DNA from: a virus
UHGV virus genome: UHGV-0282798
Length of the DNA: 45,006 nt
Direction: 5' to 3' (one strand)
The translations under genes were made by a program, and so were the position numbers. Shown here piece by piece: positions 32,410-41,047 of this stretch. The notes beneath the pieces are model-generated. The model made no database searches. It saw only the letters and a list, made by a program, of their open reading frames with translations, and was not told the origin of the DNA. Numbering within the stretch: position 1 is the stretch's first letter; the number at the start of each line of letters is the position of its first letter.

Positions 32410-33540
32410 ATGGCCCATAAGAAAATAACCGACGAACAGTTACAGGAAGAATTGAACGCCGGAATGAAGAATGCAGACATCGCCCGTAAATACGGCATCT
32501 CAGACCGCGTAATTCGTATCCGTAAAGCGAAGCTGGCTAAGAAAGGCGTAGGCCACGGGCGTGACGTTAGTCACCTTGTCCCGGACGGCTACAAAATTAA
32601 AGGGACCTCGTCACTGGTGGACGAGTTCGGCAACACTAAACTTCAATGGGTTAAGACCGACACCGATGCCGAACGTCAGGTCGAGTTGATGAAAGCCGTA
32701 ATCGAAGGCATGAAGTCGGAGATTACTCCAGTTGCACCAGTTAAAGCCGTTCGCGCCAAACGTGACGATAAACTACTCAATCTTTACACGGTATCTGATT
32801 TCCATCTCGGTATGCTGGCCTGGGCCGACGAGAGCGGCGACGACTGGGATATGAAGATTGCGGAAGACCTGTTCTCTCGCTGGTTCGATGCTGCGTTCCA
32901 GAAAGCGCCAGATGCAGGAACAGGAGTTATTAACCTGCTTGGCGACCTTGCGCACTTCGATAGTCTGGATGCCGTTACACCTGCAAGCGGCCATGTTCTT
33001 GACGCGGACACGCGCTATCAGAAACTGGTCCGCTACATGATTCGTATGGTTCGCCGTGTTATTGATATGGCGCTGGTTAAGCATAAAAATGTTCGCTTGC
33101 TTATCGTGCAAGGGAACCACGACGAAAGTGGAATGATTTGGTTAGCTGAGATGTTCAGTACGCTGTACGACAATGAGCCGCGTGTGTTTGTCGATACTTC
33201 ACCAGATGTTTACAAGATGGTGCAACACGGCAAAACGACGCTGTTCTTTACACACGGGCATAAATGCCGGTTTGAGGTTGTCGAACCAATTATGATAGCT
33301 AAGTTCAGAAAAGCATTTGGAGAAAGCGAGTACAGTTACGCGCATGTAGGGCATCTCCACCATCAAAAGATTGTAGAAAGTAGGAATATGGTAGTGGAGC
33401 AACATCGCACTCTCGCGGCGAAAGATGCATATGCTTCCCGCGGCGGGTGGATGTCTAAGAGGTCCGCTAATGTCATAACCTATAGTTCAGAGTTCGGGGA
33501 AGTAGGTAGGCTTTCAATCTCACCGGAGATGCTAAGATGA
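32410..33540 (+). CDS. HTH domain fused to calcineurin-like metallophosphoesterase
   Basis: N-terminal HTH (MKNADIARKYGISDRVIRIRKAKL); phosphoesterase motifs SDFHLG, LGDLAHFD, VQGNHDE, FTHGH, HVGHLHH. Track ORF 32320; ATG 32410 (MAHKKITDEQ) preceded by GAGGAAG. Confidence 0.65.
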   Translation: MAHKKITDEQLQEELNAGMKNADIARKYGISDRVIRIRKAKLAKKGVGHGRDVSHLVPDGYKIKGTSSLVDEFGNTKLQWVKTDTDAERQVELMKAVIEGMKSEITPVAPVKAVRAKRDDKLLNLYTVSDFHLGMLAWADESGDDWDMKIAEDLFSRWFDAAFQKAPDAGTGVINLLGDLAHFDSLDAVTPASGHVLDADTRYQKLVRYMIRMVRRVIDMALVKHKNVRLLIVQGNHDESGMIWLAEMFSTLYDNEPRVFVDTSPDVYKMVQHGKTTLFFTHGHKCRFEVVEPIMIAKFRKAFGESEYSYAHVGHLHHQKIVESRNMVVEQHRTLAAKDAYASRGGWMSKRSANVITYSSEFGEVGRLSISPEMLR

Positions 33541-34007
33541 AGTACCTTGATGTTTCAAAACAATTTAAATACTGCCCTGATACGGGGCAGGTTACCAGGA
33601 TATCTACTGGTGCTGAGGTTGGTACGGTTGGTGTAAGAGGATATCTGTGCTGCGGTATGGGTGGTAAAACAGTATATGTCCACCGCGTAGCATGGTGTCT
33701 TTATAATAAATGTGACTTAGACAGGAAAACACAAATAGACCACATAAACCATAACAGGCTAGACAATAGAATAGAAAATCTACGCGCCACCGACAATACA
33801 GGGAACAGTAAAAATAAAACTATGAGAAAGATAAATAAATCCGGGGCTACAGGTGTAAGTTTCCACAAAGCCGCGGGTAAGTGGCGCGCGTTTATAAAAG
33901 TTAACTACAAACAAGTGCATTTAGGGCTTTACGACGATTTTGATGTAGCGGTTGCCGCGCGTAAAGCCGCTGAGAGTAAATACGGTTTTCATGAAAACCA
34001 TGAGTAG
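33537..34007 (+). CDS. HNH-AP2 homing-type endonuclease
   Basis: HRVAWCLYN ... QIDHINHNRLDNRIENLR (HNH) and GVSFHKAAGKWRAFIKVNYKQVHLGLYDDFDVAVAARKAAESKYG (AP2); paralog of 13122-13610. Confidence 0.75.
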   Translation: MKYLDVSKQFKYCPDTGQVTRISTGAEVGTVGVRGYLCCGMGGKTVYVHRVAWCLYNKCDLDRKTQIDHINHNRLDNRIENLRATDNTGNSKNKTMRKINKSGATGVSFHKAAGKWRAFIKVNYKQVHLGLYDDFDVAVAARKAAESKYGFHENHE

Positions 34008-34018
34008 GAGAGCTATTT

Positions 34019-34249
34019 ATGACTTCAAAATATAACCGCACAATGACAAATACCCACGGCAGCACTATGACAGTAGACGTTTATGATGTGCTGCGGGCCT
34101 TCGACATCCGCGACCCAGCACTGCAACACGCTTTGAAGAAATTATTGTGCATGGGCTTGCGTGGACACAAAGACACCGGGACGGACTTAGCGGAAGCAAT
34201 TGAAAGTCTGGAGAAGTTACGAGAGTACCGGAGTAATATTGATGAGTGA
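34019..34249 (+). CDS. Hypothetical small protein
   Basis: ORF track. Confidence 0.4.
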   Translation: MTSKYNRTMTNTHGSTMTVDVYDVLRAFDIRDPALQHALKKLLCMGLRGHKDTGTDLAEAIESLEKLREYRSNIDE

Positions 34250-34418
34250 AAATATTATGAAAACGATATATGTAATCCGTGTATACGACGAAGAATGGGA
34301 CGAGTGGGTTGATATTTACGCTGTAGGTAGTAAGGAAGAGGCCTCTAAAGAGATGGCAGAACGGAGTGACCGAGGTCAGTTAACTAACTTCTACGAAATG
34401 CCATTCAAAAGTGAGTAA
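34200..34418 (+). CDS. Hypothetical small protein
   Basis: ORF track; true start probably an internal ATG (MSENIMKT or MKTIYVIRV). Confidence 0.35.
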   Translation: MKVWRSYESTGVILMSENIMKTIYVIRVYDEEWDEWVDIYAVGSKEEASKEMAERSDRGQLTNFYEMPFKSE

Positions 34419-34421
34419 GAA

Positions 34422-34448
34422 AAGGCCCCGAAAGGGGCCTTAGTTTTA
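34422..34448. terminator. Terminator hairpin closing the plus-strand island
   Basis: Stem AAGGCCCC (34422-34429) / GGGGCCTT (34434-34441), loop gaaa, then AGTTTTA; sits between the island and the convergent major tail gene. Confidence 0.6.
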
Positions 34449-35618
34449 TGCGTAGGTGATACGCTGGATAACAATAGACGACTGGTACTGATTGCCGGTA
34501 GCCTGGCCTTCGATGGACTGAGTGATTGACTCTGGTCCGCCAATCTCTGGCGTAACCGCCGTAAGTTCTGCGCGTTTCAGGCTGAAAGACATAGCCCCGT
34601 TTACCCCCGCCAGAATAGAGTTAATCTCTACCTGCTGTTCGTTGATAAACTTCTGAATCATCGCCATGTCGTACAGCTTACCGGAGATAGAGAAGGTGTT
34701 AGCCGCGCGACCACGTTCCACGAACGCAACGCTACTGTTGCCGAGTTCGAACTGCGCAGAAGCACCGTTGTCGTTTGTGATGGTCAGAGTATCGCAACGC
34801 AACGGCGTAGAACCGTCGAACACGGACACATCTACGGATGAGAACGGCTCATCGGTAAACGTCACCTGAGAGAAATCAGAACCTGCTGGCGGTGCAGAAA
34901 GAATCTCCTGACTTAGACCGATGAACGGGAAGCTGCCTGTCACCATCGCGTTTACGGCCTGTTCAATGGTGAATCCGGAGATTTCCACGCCTTTGGTCAA
35001 CATGTACGCGTCCGGGTTCCCGCACTGTCCTTTGAACCATGTCAGGATGGAGAACGTCTTACATGCGTTACTGGTTTCCAGTTTGTCGCCGGTTTTAGCG
35101 TCGGTGGTTACAGTCTCTGCTGTCAGCGTGTGCTGAATGCCCGCACCCGTAACTACAAGAGCAGAAACCGCGGTCACGATAAACGGTTTTGCGTTGTCGC
35201 CGGTTAAGTCGGTGAACGCAATCAGGTCGCCAACTTCTACACCGTCAGTAATGAAGCTACCGGCAGCGCGGGTGAATGTTTTACCTGCTGGGGCGACCGT
35301 AATTTCAGCACCCGTAATCTCCACCCCATCCTGCCACGTAGAAGTCATCGCGCCCGCGAGGAAATCATCCTGGCTACGCGAGCTAAGTTCGATGGCGTAC
35401 TCCCCGCTAACCTGCTTATTACCAGTGCGGATGGATGTAGTTTCACGGCTGCCGTCGAGTTCGTTGGAAGTCAGCGCATCGCGGGTTACGGCTGGAACGC
35501 CGCCCGTGTTACGCAACGGCGACCAGACCGGGTTAGTCGGTGTTACGCCCGGGGTATTTTCCACCACATAGAATTGCGCGGTATTCGCGCCCTTAAAAGG
35601 AGTTGTAGCCATATTCAC
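34446..35618 (-). CDS. Major tail protein (putative)
   Basis: 390 aa, Thr/Ser/Gly/Ala-rich; follows tail-completion genes. Positional call. Confidence 0.55.
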   Translation of the reverse strand: MNMATTPFKGANTAQFYVVENTPGVTPTNPVWSPLRNTGGVPAVTRDALTSNELDGSRETTSIRTGNKQVSGEYAIELSSRSQDDFLAGAMTSTWQDGVEITGAEITVAPAGKTFTRAAGSFITDGVEVGDLIAFTDLTGDNAKPFIVTAVSALVVTGAGIQHTLTAETVTTDAKTGDKLETSNACKTFSILTWFKGQCGNPDAYMLTKGVEISGFTIEQAVNAMVTGSFPFIGLSQEILSAPPAGSDFSQVTFTDEPFSSVDVSVFDGSTPLRCDTLTITNDNGASAQFELGNSSVAFVERGRAANTFSISGKLYDMAMIQKFINEQQVEINSILAGVNGAMSFSLKRAELTAVTPEIGGPESITQSIEGQATGNQYQSSIVIQRITYA

Positions 35619-36031
35619 AGCCTCTTGGTGAATGCAATAAAGTTAATTGACAATGGTCGTTTGGCCCATCCGTTTTCTACAATCAGCGGCCCCAGGCTAA
35701 CCGATTGAACCTCGGCGCAGATGTCGTTACGTGAAAATGACTTACCTGCCTTAAACGCCGTGTTAAGTAAGTCTGCCATTTTATTGATTGGCGCGCTACC
35801 TTTCACCGATGCGTAGTTAATGTCCACCTGATAAATACCAGAGCGTTGTTCTGTGAAGAACAAATCCGCCTGTTCTGTATCCGCAAGTAACATGTAACTC
35901 GCCAGATACGGCGTATCGGTTGATGTCGGCGCGTCGATGTTTTCAAGTGCTACCTTGATGCCGTTGGCGGTTCCGAAGGCTACCAGCGGCACATCAAACG
36001 CTTTTGTTAAGTCCTCAAAGTAGCCCATCAT
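35615..36031 (-). CDS. Tail completion / terminator protein (putative)
   Basis: 138 aa between head-tail joining genes and the major tail protein; positional call. Confidence 0.4.
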   Translation of the reverse strand: MMGYFEDLTKAFDVPLVAFGTANGIKVALENIDAPTSTDTPYLASYMLLADTEQADLFFTEQRSGIYQVDINYASVKGSAPINKMADLLNTAFKAGKSFSRNDICAEVQSVSLGPLIVENGWAKRPLSINFIAFTKRL

Positions 36032-36426
36032 TTCACCTTGTTGGCTTCTTCGTTAATGAGTTGCTGGAATCGGGACACATTTATCCTGACCATGCCTTGT
36101 GGGGCCTGTTTCGACCAATGGCCGTACTCCAACCGTTGCGCATACGGCAGATTATTTGTCAGCGTGAACTCGTGCCAGTCTGTAGCTTTCAGAACGAAAC
36201 TCGTAGCGTTTCCGGTTGCCGTGTTTCCTGATTTATCCGTAGCGTCTGTAATTCCGGAAGCGGGGGTACCGCCAGACGCCATCCAGTTCATACGAAAGCG
36301 GCCTGTATCTACCGGACTCGCCTTTATGATAGCGGAAAACAACTTGACAGACACCTGACGCATCACCTTCTCAGGATTCTTCTTCGCCTTTTCCACGAAC
36401 TTAGAGACATCAAGCGCGAAACTCAT
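36028..36426 (-). CDS. HK97 gp10-like head-tail joining protein (putative)
   Basis: RFRMNWM ... LTNNLPYAQRLEYGHWSKQAPQGM resembles gp10-family signatures as I recall them. Confidence 0.45.
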   Translation of the reverse strand: MSFALDVSKFVEKAKKNPEKVMRQVSVKLFSAIIKASPVDTGRFRMNWMASGGTPASGITDATDKSGNTATGNATSFVLKATDWHEFTLTNNLPYAQRLEYGHWSKQAPQGMVRINVSRFQQLINEEANKVK

Positions 36427-36863
36427 TTTCTCACCTGAATAAAATACGCCACGACATCATCGTTAACCATCTTCTTCTCGATACCTACGACAGACCATTG
36501 CTCGCCGCCGGATTGCACCTTGTCTTCCATTTTCGGGACGACACTGCAATCCGCTTTAACAATCATGTCGCCCGCCTGAATCGTCGTACCGTTCACCAGT
36601 CCTGCGTTAACAGGAACCGGAACAGCTTTCAACGGCAGCACTTCATCCGCGGACCGGACATACTCACCGAGAACTTCATCCCACACTTTCGAGCCAGCGC
36701 GAACAAGAGATACCGTGCTACCGAATTTGGTTAGCAGGCGTGTACCGACGCCTTGCATACGTTTACTGAAAGCGGTGCTCATTTTAGCACCTCTTGCAGC
36801 GTCAAAAGAACACCGTAACTGTGCAAGACTGCTGCGGTAAGAAAACCAAAAACTACACCACAT
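36423..36863 (-). CDS. Head-tail adaptor-like protein
   Basis: Position only; start may be an internal Met (MSTAFSKRMQ). Confidence 0.35.
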   Translation of the reverse strand: MWCSFWFSYRSSLAQLRCSFDAARGAKMSTAFSKRMQGVGTRLLTKFGSTVSLVRAGSKVWDEVLGEYVRSADEVLPLKAVPVPVNAGLVNGTTIQAGDMIVKADCSVVPKMEDKVQSGGEQWSVVGIEKKMVNDDVVAYFIQVRK

Positions 36864-36876
36864 GTGAACTTATTCA

Positions 36877-37491
36877 TCAGGCGGCCTCCAGTCTCGAGAT
36901 AACCAGTAATGCGGATGGTGCTGTTCCCCATGCGGTTACGGTAGCCGCTTGTGGATATACGCCGCCGAAGTTGCTTCCGGCGCTATCCCGCATAATCTGA
37001 ACGGCAAACGTCTGGCCTGCGGTTGTGTTAATAACGACGCGAGATTCAATCGGGATTGTAGTATCAGCACTTACCAGTTTAGTAGCTGCTGGCGAGCCGT
37101 ACTGTGCGCCGTTAAGAAGAGTGCGCGATAACAGAATAGACGTCCCGCTAGCACCGGAGCGCCCTGCCTGTAACTTGATGCGAACGGCGTAGTTACCCGC
37201 AATGTTGAACGTAACCAGTCCCGCAGCATTAATCATTACCGGGTCTGAGGCGCTACCCTGCGCGGGACCGAAAGTTAACTGCAATGCCGTATCTACCGCG
37301 GTAGGCGCTTGTGTTACGGTAGACGCGGCACGGAGAACTTCAACCTCTTTAACACCGGGAGTGGCGTAAATAGGTGAGTCCGCCATCTGTGTCATTACTT
37401 CGCGTAACTTCTCGGGTGTGATAAGCCCGGTGGTGTTATCGGGAAGGTTCGCTCCGATAAGGGCGAACATCTCTGTTTTAGTCTTCGCCAT
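36877..37491 (-). CDS. Structural protein of unknown role
   Basis: 204 aa, Ala/Thr/Gly-rich; between connector and joining genes. Confidence 0.4.
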   Translation of the reverse strand: MAKTKTEMFALIGANLPDNTTGLITPEKLREVMTQMADSPIYATPGVKEVEVLRAASTVTQAPTAVDTALQLTFGPAQGSASDPVMINAAGLVTFNIAGNYAVRIKLQAGRSGASGTSILLSRTLLNGAQYGSPAATKLVSADTTIPIESRVVINTTAGQTFAVQIMRDSAGSNFGGVYPQAATVTAWGTAPSALLVISRLEAA

Positions 37492-37493
37492 TT

Positions 37494-38006
37494 TTAGCCC
37501 CGGTACACGTTAAAAGAGAAGCCATTGTTAAGACCACCACACAGTAACGGGCGCAAGGCGTCGTCGGCGGCAGTAATAGCGGTAGTAGCCCCACTGCTGC
37601 CGTTGTTGAAGTATGTCACGGTAACTGCACCTTCCACGCGCTCAGTCTGCACGGAGCGACCGTCCGAGTTAGCACGCACTTCTGTGCCCGCCCCATACGT
37701 GGCGGACGCGATTACCTGCGCAAGAATTACCTGTTTCGGAATGGCATTGTTAGCTACCGGGAATCCGTTTAACGTTACCCCCGTGCGAGGGTACGCCAGA
37801 GGCTGTTCGGCGGATACGCGGCGACCGCACATCTGCGGTTCTGCAAGCCCTACGTAAGTAGCGCCGTTGCGCAGAGCTACTTCGGCGGCGGTATCGTCTT
37901 CCGGTAGCTCAAGGCCATAATTAGCCGCTAACGCGCGGGCGTCAACCAGACTAATGTAACTGTCGGCGTTAGGTACTATCGACCCATCTTCCACGATTAG
38001 CGGCAT
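37494..38006 (-). CDS. Head-tail connector / head completion protein (putative)
   Basis: N-terminus MPLIVEDGSIVPNADSYISLVDA is typical of connector-type proteins; position downstream of capsid genes. Confidence 0.4.
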   Translation of the reverse strand: MPLIVEDGSIVPNADSYISLVDARALAANYGLELPEDDTAAEVALRNGATYVGLAEPQMCGRRVSAEQPLAYPRTGVTLNGFPVANNAIPKQVILAQVIASATYGAGTEVRANSDGRSVQTERVEGAVTVTYFNNGSSGATTAITAADDALRPLLCGGLNNGFSFNVYRG

Positions 38007-38009
38007 AAA

Positions 38010-38189
38010 TTATTCCTCTGACTTACGGCGACGACGCTTAGTACCACCGCCGTTGTTGTGCGCTTCTTCGTTGTCCGGTTGGGTTGCAACCAGTTCATCA
38101 GCCTCTACCACACCGCGAACGGGCATCACCTGACCGTCAACAACGTCAACGTGGGTGTACTTTTCGCGGATTACATAATTATCTGCCAT
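38010..38189 (-). CDS. Small ORF (59 aa) with basic tail
   Basis: Own translation MADNYVIREKYTHVDVVDGQVMPVRGVVEADELVATQPDNEEAHNNGGGTKRRRRKSEE; fills an otherwise empty gap; below track cutoff. Confidence 0.3.
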   Translation of the reverse strand: MADNYVIREKYTHVDVVDGQVMPVRGVVEADELVATQPDNEEAHNNGGGTKRRRRKSEE

Positions 38190-38225
38190 GACCTTTCCTT
38201 ATTACGGCCCCGAAGGGCCGTTGTA

Positions 38226-38576
38226 TTAAGACACAGTTGCTACAGTGCTGCTGGAGATAATATTACCATACACATCGTGAACAACCACTTTATACGTGCC
38301 TGAATCTGCGGTAGTAGTGGACGCCTTCGCATAGGTAGCAGCGTTTGCCCCGGCGATCGCGTTGTTGTTCTTGTACCACTGGTAGGAATATGGCTCCAGA
38401 CCGCCGGTTACCGCGACGGTCAGGGTCATAGTCTGCCCCGCCGTAACTGCGGTGGTAGCCGCGAGCGCGGTAGAAAAAGATGCTGGTGAGATATTCGCCA
38501 TGTCGATTTCAACCTGACCGTCGGCAGGAGAATCGTCAGAAACACCGGTAATACGACGTTTAATTACATCAACCAT
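38226..38576 (-). CDS. Ig-like domain protein (head decoration?)
   Basis: GGLEPYSYQWYKNNNAIAGANAATY ... DSGTYKVVV looks like an immunoglobulin-type domain. Confidence 0.45.
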   Translation of the reverse strand: MVDVIKRRITGVSDDSPADGQVEIDMANISPASFSTALAATTAVTAGQTMTLTVAVTGGLEPYSYQWYKNNNAIAGANAATYAKASTTTADSGTYKVVVHDVYGNIISSSTVATVS

Positions 38577-38588
38577 TTTTAAGCTCCT

Positions 38589-38888
38589 TTAGCTTACAGT
38601 TCCTGCGTTTTTAAGCGCGGTTAACAGGTTCGCTACGGTAGTGCGCAGCGCGGTAACATCGGTTCGGAGTTTATTGTACTCCGCTACAAGCGCATCAAAC
38701 TCTGCCTTAGTCGGGTCTGCGGCGGCCTGAACTCCGGCAGCGGCAGTAATGGCCGCGGGTGCAGCTACAGTAGCTGACTTTTTAACCCCACCAACTACGC
38801 TGGTAGTAGCAGGCGTCACTGGGATATCTAGGTCGCTAAAGTCAACGTTCTGAAGGCTGCGCGGTAAGCCTTTTCCGGTCTTAGCCAT
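38589..38888 (-). CDS. Ala-rich small structural protein
   Basis: 99 aa immediately after the major capsid gene; positional call. Confidence 0.4.
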   Translation of the reverse strand: MAKTGKGLPRSLQNVDFSDLDIPVTPATTSVVGGVKKSATVAAPAAITAAAGVQAAADPTKAEFDALVAEYNKLRTDVTALRTTVANLLTALKNAGTVS

Positions 38889-38947
38889 AATTTACCTCTT
38901 AGTAAATGAAAAGAGGGACCGAAGTCCCTCTCGATTATAGCTTAACC

Positions 38948-39997
38948 TTAAGCACCGACACCAGTTACCAGGAAGGCAATCGGTACATGCTTACGCTCAA
39001 CAACGCGGTTCCAGTTGGAGGCGTTCGCCAGGTCCTGCCAGGAAGCAGAGCGTGCGACAGTCTCGGTGCCGTTGCCGGTGATTACCGCGCTGGTGAAGCT
39101 GTAGCCCAGTGGGTGCAGCAACCAGGTCTTACGGGTCCACAGGGTTTCAACGCCGCCGCCGTTACCGCGAGACGCTTCACGCTCGTATTCCAGCGGGTTT
39201 GACGGATTACCTTCACCGTAACCGATAGCGCCGTTACCGAAGATGGTGGAGATGAACTTACGGCTAGGACCAGTACCGACTACGGTCATGCTGTCGTCAA
39301 CAATCACGCGGTAGCCCTGGTAGGTGGCGAACATGGTGTTGTTGTCAGCGTCTTTGATGAAGTCAATAAGCTGCTGCTTACGGGCCTGCGCATAAACGAA
39401 ACTGTGCATCGCGATAGCACCCAGTACTTCACCACCGTTACCCATCAGAGCATCGCCCATGGTCTGGGTAGCGTCGATGAATGCGCCCGCGTCGAAGCCC
39501 AGAGTCGCGGACACGTCTACTACCATGTCGTTCTGCTCGTGGTAAGCATCGGTCGCGGCAACGTTGTCGTTGTACAGGCCGAGCGCAGTGGCAATCAGAC
39601 GGCGTTGTGCCTGACGCTGCCAGAAGTTATCCAGACGGGACGCTACAGATTGCAGCGGGTTCTGGCTGGTCAGTTCGACAGTCAGGTCAGCCTGGCCAAA
39701 ACCTTCGTTCAGGTACGCAACGCGCGCCATCATCTCACCGGTCTGCACGTTACGCGGGGTTGCGATGTCCTGGTATACGTCGTTCGAGTAGTTTGGCTCG
39801 ATAGAGGTATCAATCGCTTTCCAGAAAGGAATATTAGCGACGTTGGACGGGCCACGAGCAATCTCGGCAGCGTACGGGGTCGGGGTAAGGATACCGGACT
39901 GGAAGAACGCGGTTTTTTCTACCGGGTCTTCTGTCATGTAAGACGCCAGGACCGGGATGTTGCCAGTTACGATATCGCCGATAGTGGTAATTGCCAT
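38948..39997 (-). CDS. Major capsid protein (putative)
   Basis: 349 aa directly downstream of scaffold; strong RBS GAGGAAATAATA before the ATG; positional call. Confidence 0.6.
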   Translation of the reverse strand: MAITTIGDIVTGNIPVLASYMTEDPVEKTAFFQSGILTPTPYAAEIARGPSNVANIPFWKAIDTSIEPNYSNDVYQDIATPRNVQTGEMMARVAYLNEGFGQADLTVELTSQNPLQSVASRLDNFWQRQAQRRLIATALGLYNDNVAATDAYHEQNDMVVDVSATLGFDAGAFIDATQTMGDALMGNGGEVLGAIAMHSFVYAQARKQQLIDFIKDADNNTMFATYQGYRVIVDDSMTVVGTGPSRKFISTIFGNGAIGYGEGNPSNPLEYEREASRGNGGGVETLWTRKTWLLHPLGYSFTSAVITGNGTETVARSASWQDLANASNWNRVVERKHVPIAFLVTGVGA

Positions 39998-39999
39998 TA

Positions 40000-40755
40000 T
40001 TATTTCCTCAGGGCTTTAAGTTGCCGTTCAAATTCGGCAGGGTTCGATTTATACAGAGCTAAACGCTCCGCTTCACTCATGTCTTTAAACGCTGGTGCGG
40101 CCCCGCCGCCTTTGCTACCGGAAGCCCCGCCGCCGGAAGCTGCATTTGCTTTAATCAAATGCGAAAACGCTTTGTGTTCACGCAGGTATTTGCGGAACTG
40201 TTCCGGGTCAGTCGTGATTACGTTGCCGTCTGCTCCGACAAACTTAGTAACCACGTCATCGCCTTCAAACTCGGTCTTAACGAACGGAGCCAGGATGTCC
40301 ACTGCTTCCGGGGTGATAAAGTCACCCGCGAAAGAGCCTAACACCGCTTTACGTTCGCTGCCGAGGATACGCTCCGCCATTCTGGAGATGCGGCCGTCTT
40401 TCTCGGCTAACACCGGGTCATACTGGCTACGAATCGTCTTTTCAAACTCGTCCATCTTACCAGCGGCTTTTAACGCCTCCTGGTGTGCGCGCTGCCGTTC
40501 TTCTTCGGCCTCTTTTGCTTTGCGAGCGGCTTCTTTCTTCTCCGCCAGCAATGCTTCCTGATTAGCCTTAAGCCCGGCTACTTCTTTCTCAATCAGCGCC
40601 TGAACTTCTTCAGCGGTGAACATTTTCGGCGCATCACCGCCGCCAGATTTATCTTCTGTCCCAGCTTCTTCCTGGAACGGATAACGTAAAAAACGATTCA
40701 TAGTCAGTATGTCCCCTGGACGTTGGAATCCGGGCCACCCGGATTTACATGTCAA
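40000..40755 (-). CDS. Capsid scaffolding protein (putative)
   Basis: Charged helical protein (EEVQALIEKEVAGLKANQEALLAEKKEAARKAKEAEEERQRAHQEALKAAGK) immediately upstream of the capsid gene; likely start ATG 40699-40701 (track start is TTG). Confidence 0.55.
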   Translation of the reverse strand: MTCKSGWPGFQRPGDILTMNRFLRYPFQEEAGTEDKSGGGDAPKMFTAEEVQALIEKEVAGLKANQEALLAEKKEAARKAKEAEEERQRAHQEALKAAGKMDEFEKTIRSQYDPVLAEKDGRISRMAERILGSERKAVLGSFAGDFITPEAVDILAPFVKTEFEGDDVVTKFVGADGNVITTDPEQFRKYLREHKAFSHLIKANAASGGGASGSKGGGAAPAFKDMSEAERLALYKSNPAEFERQLKALRK

Positions 40756-40783
40756 GAATAAATTATTCCAACATGCAAGGCAA

Positions 40784-41047
40784 CTATTCCAGAATATTCC
40801 TCACGTAATCCTGCAACATGAACACTTTCAGCCTCAGTTGCCGTACACATTCAGCGTTCTGAACGTCGATAGCCAAATCCTCGTCAGCATCACTACTTGG
40901 CGGTGCCAGCTTGCACGGCGGCTGCATCATTGTCGTATCCGGGGATGGAATTGGCGTTTGCGACGGCGCGGGACTTGAGTTGCACGCGCTCAGGGTCAAA
41001 AGTGCACACGCTGCGGCTAGGCGTTTTAATGTACTTAACGACTTCAC
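40784..41047 (-). CDS. o-spanin (Rz1-like lipoprotein)
   Basis: Signal peptide with lipobox LTLSAC, Pro-rich mature part; +1-frame gene overlapping the 3-prime half of the Rz-like gene. Confidence 0.6.
   Translation of the reverse strand: MKSLSTLKRLAAACALLTLSACNSSPAPSQTPIPSPDTTMMQPPCKLAPPSSDADEDLAIDVQNAECVRQLRLKVFMLQDYVRNILE

Noticed and set aside
39404-40561. 385-aa plus-strand ORF, plus other long plus-strand ORFs in the track (8-358, 672-938, 29761-30175, 30179-30558, 35137-35571, 22919-23263 and similar)
   Set aside because: They lie antisense to well-supported minus-strand structural genes (capsid, scaffold, tape measure, major tail, tailspike, terL), have low-complexity Ala/Arg/Ser-rich composition and lack ribosome-binding sites; treated as shadow ORFs.
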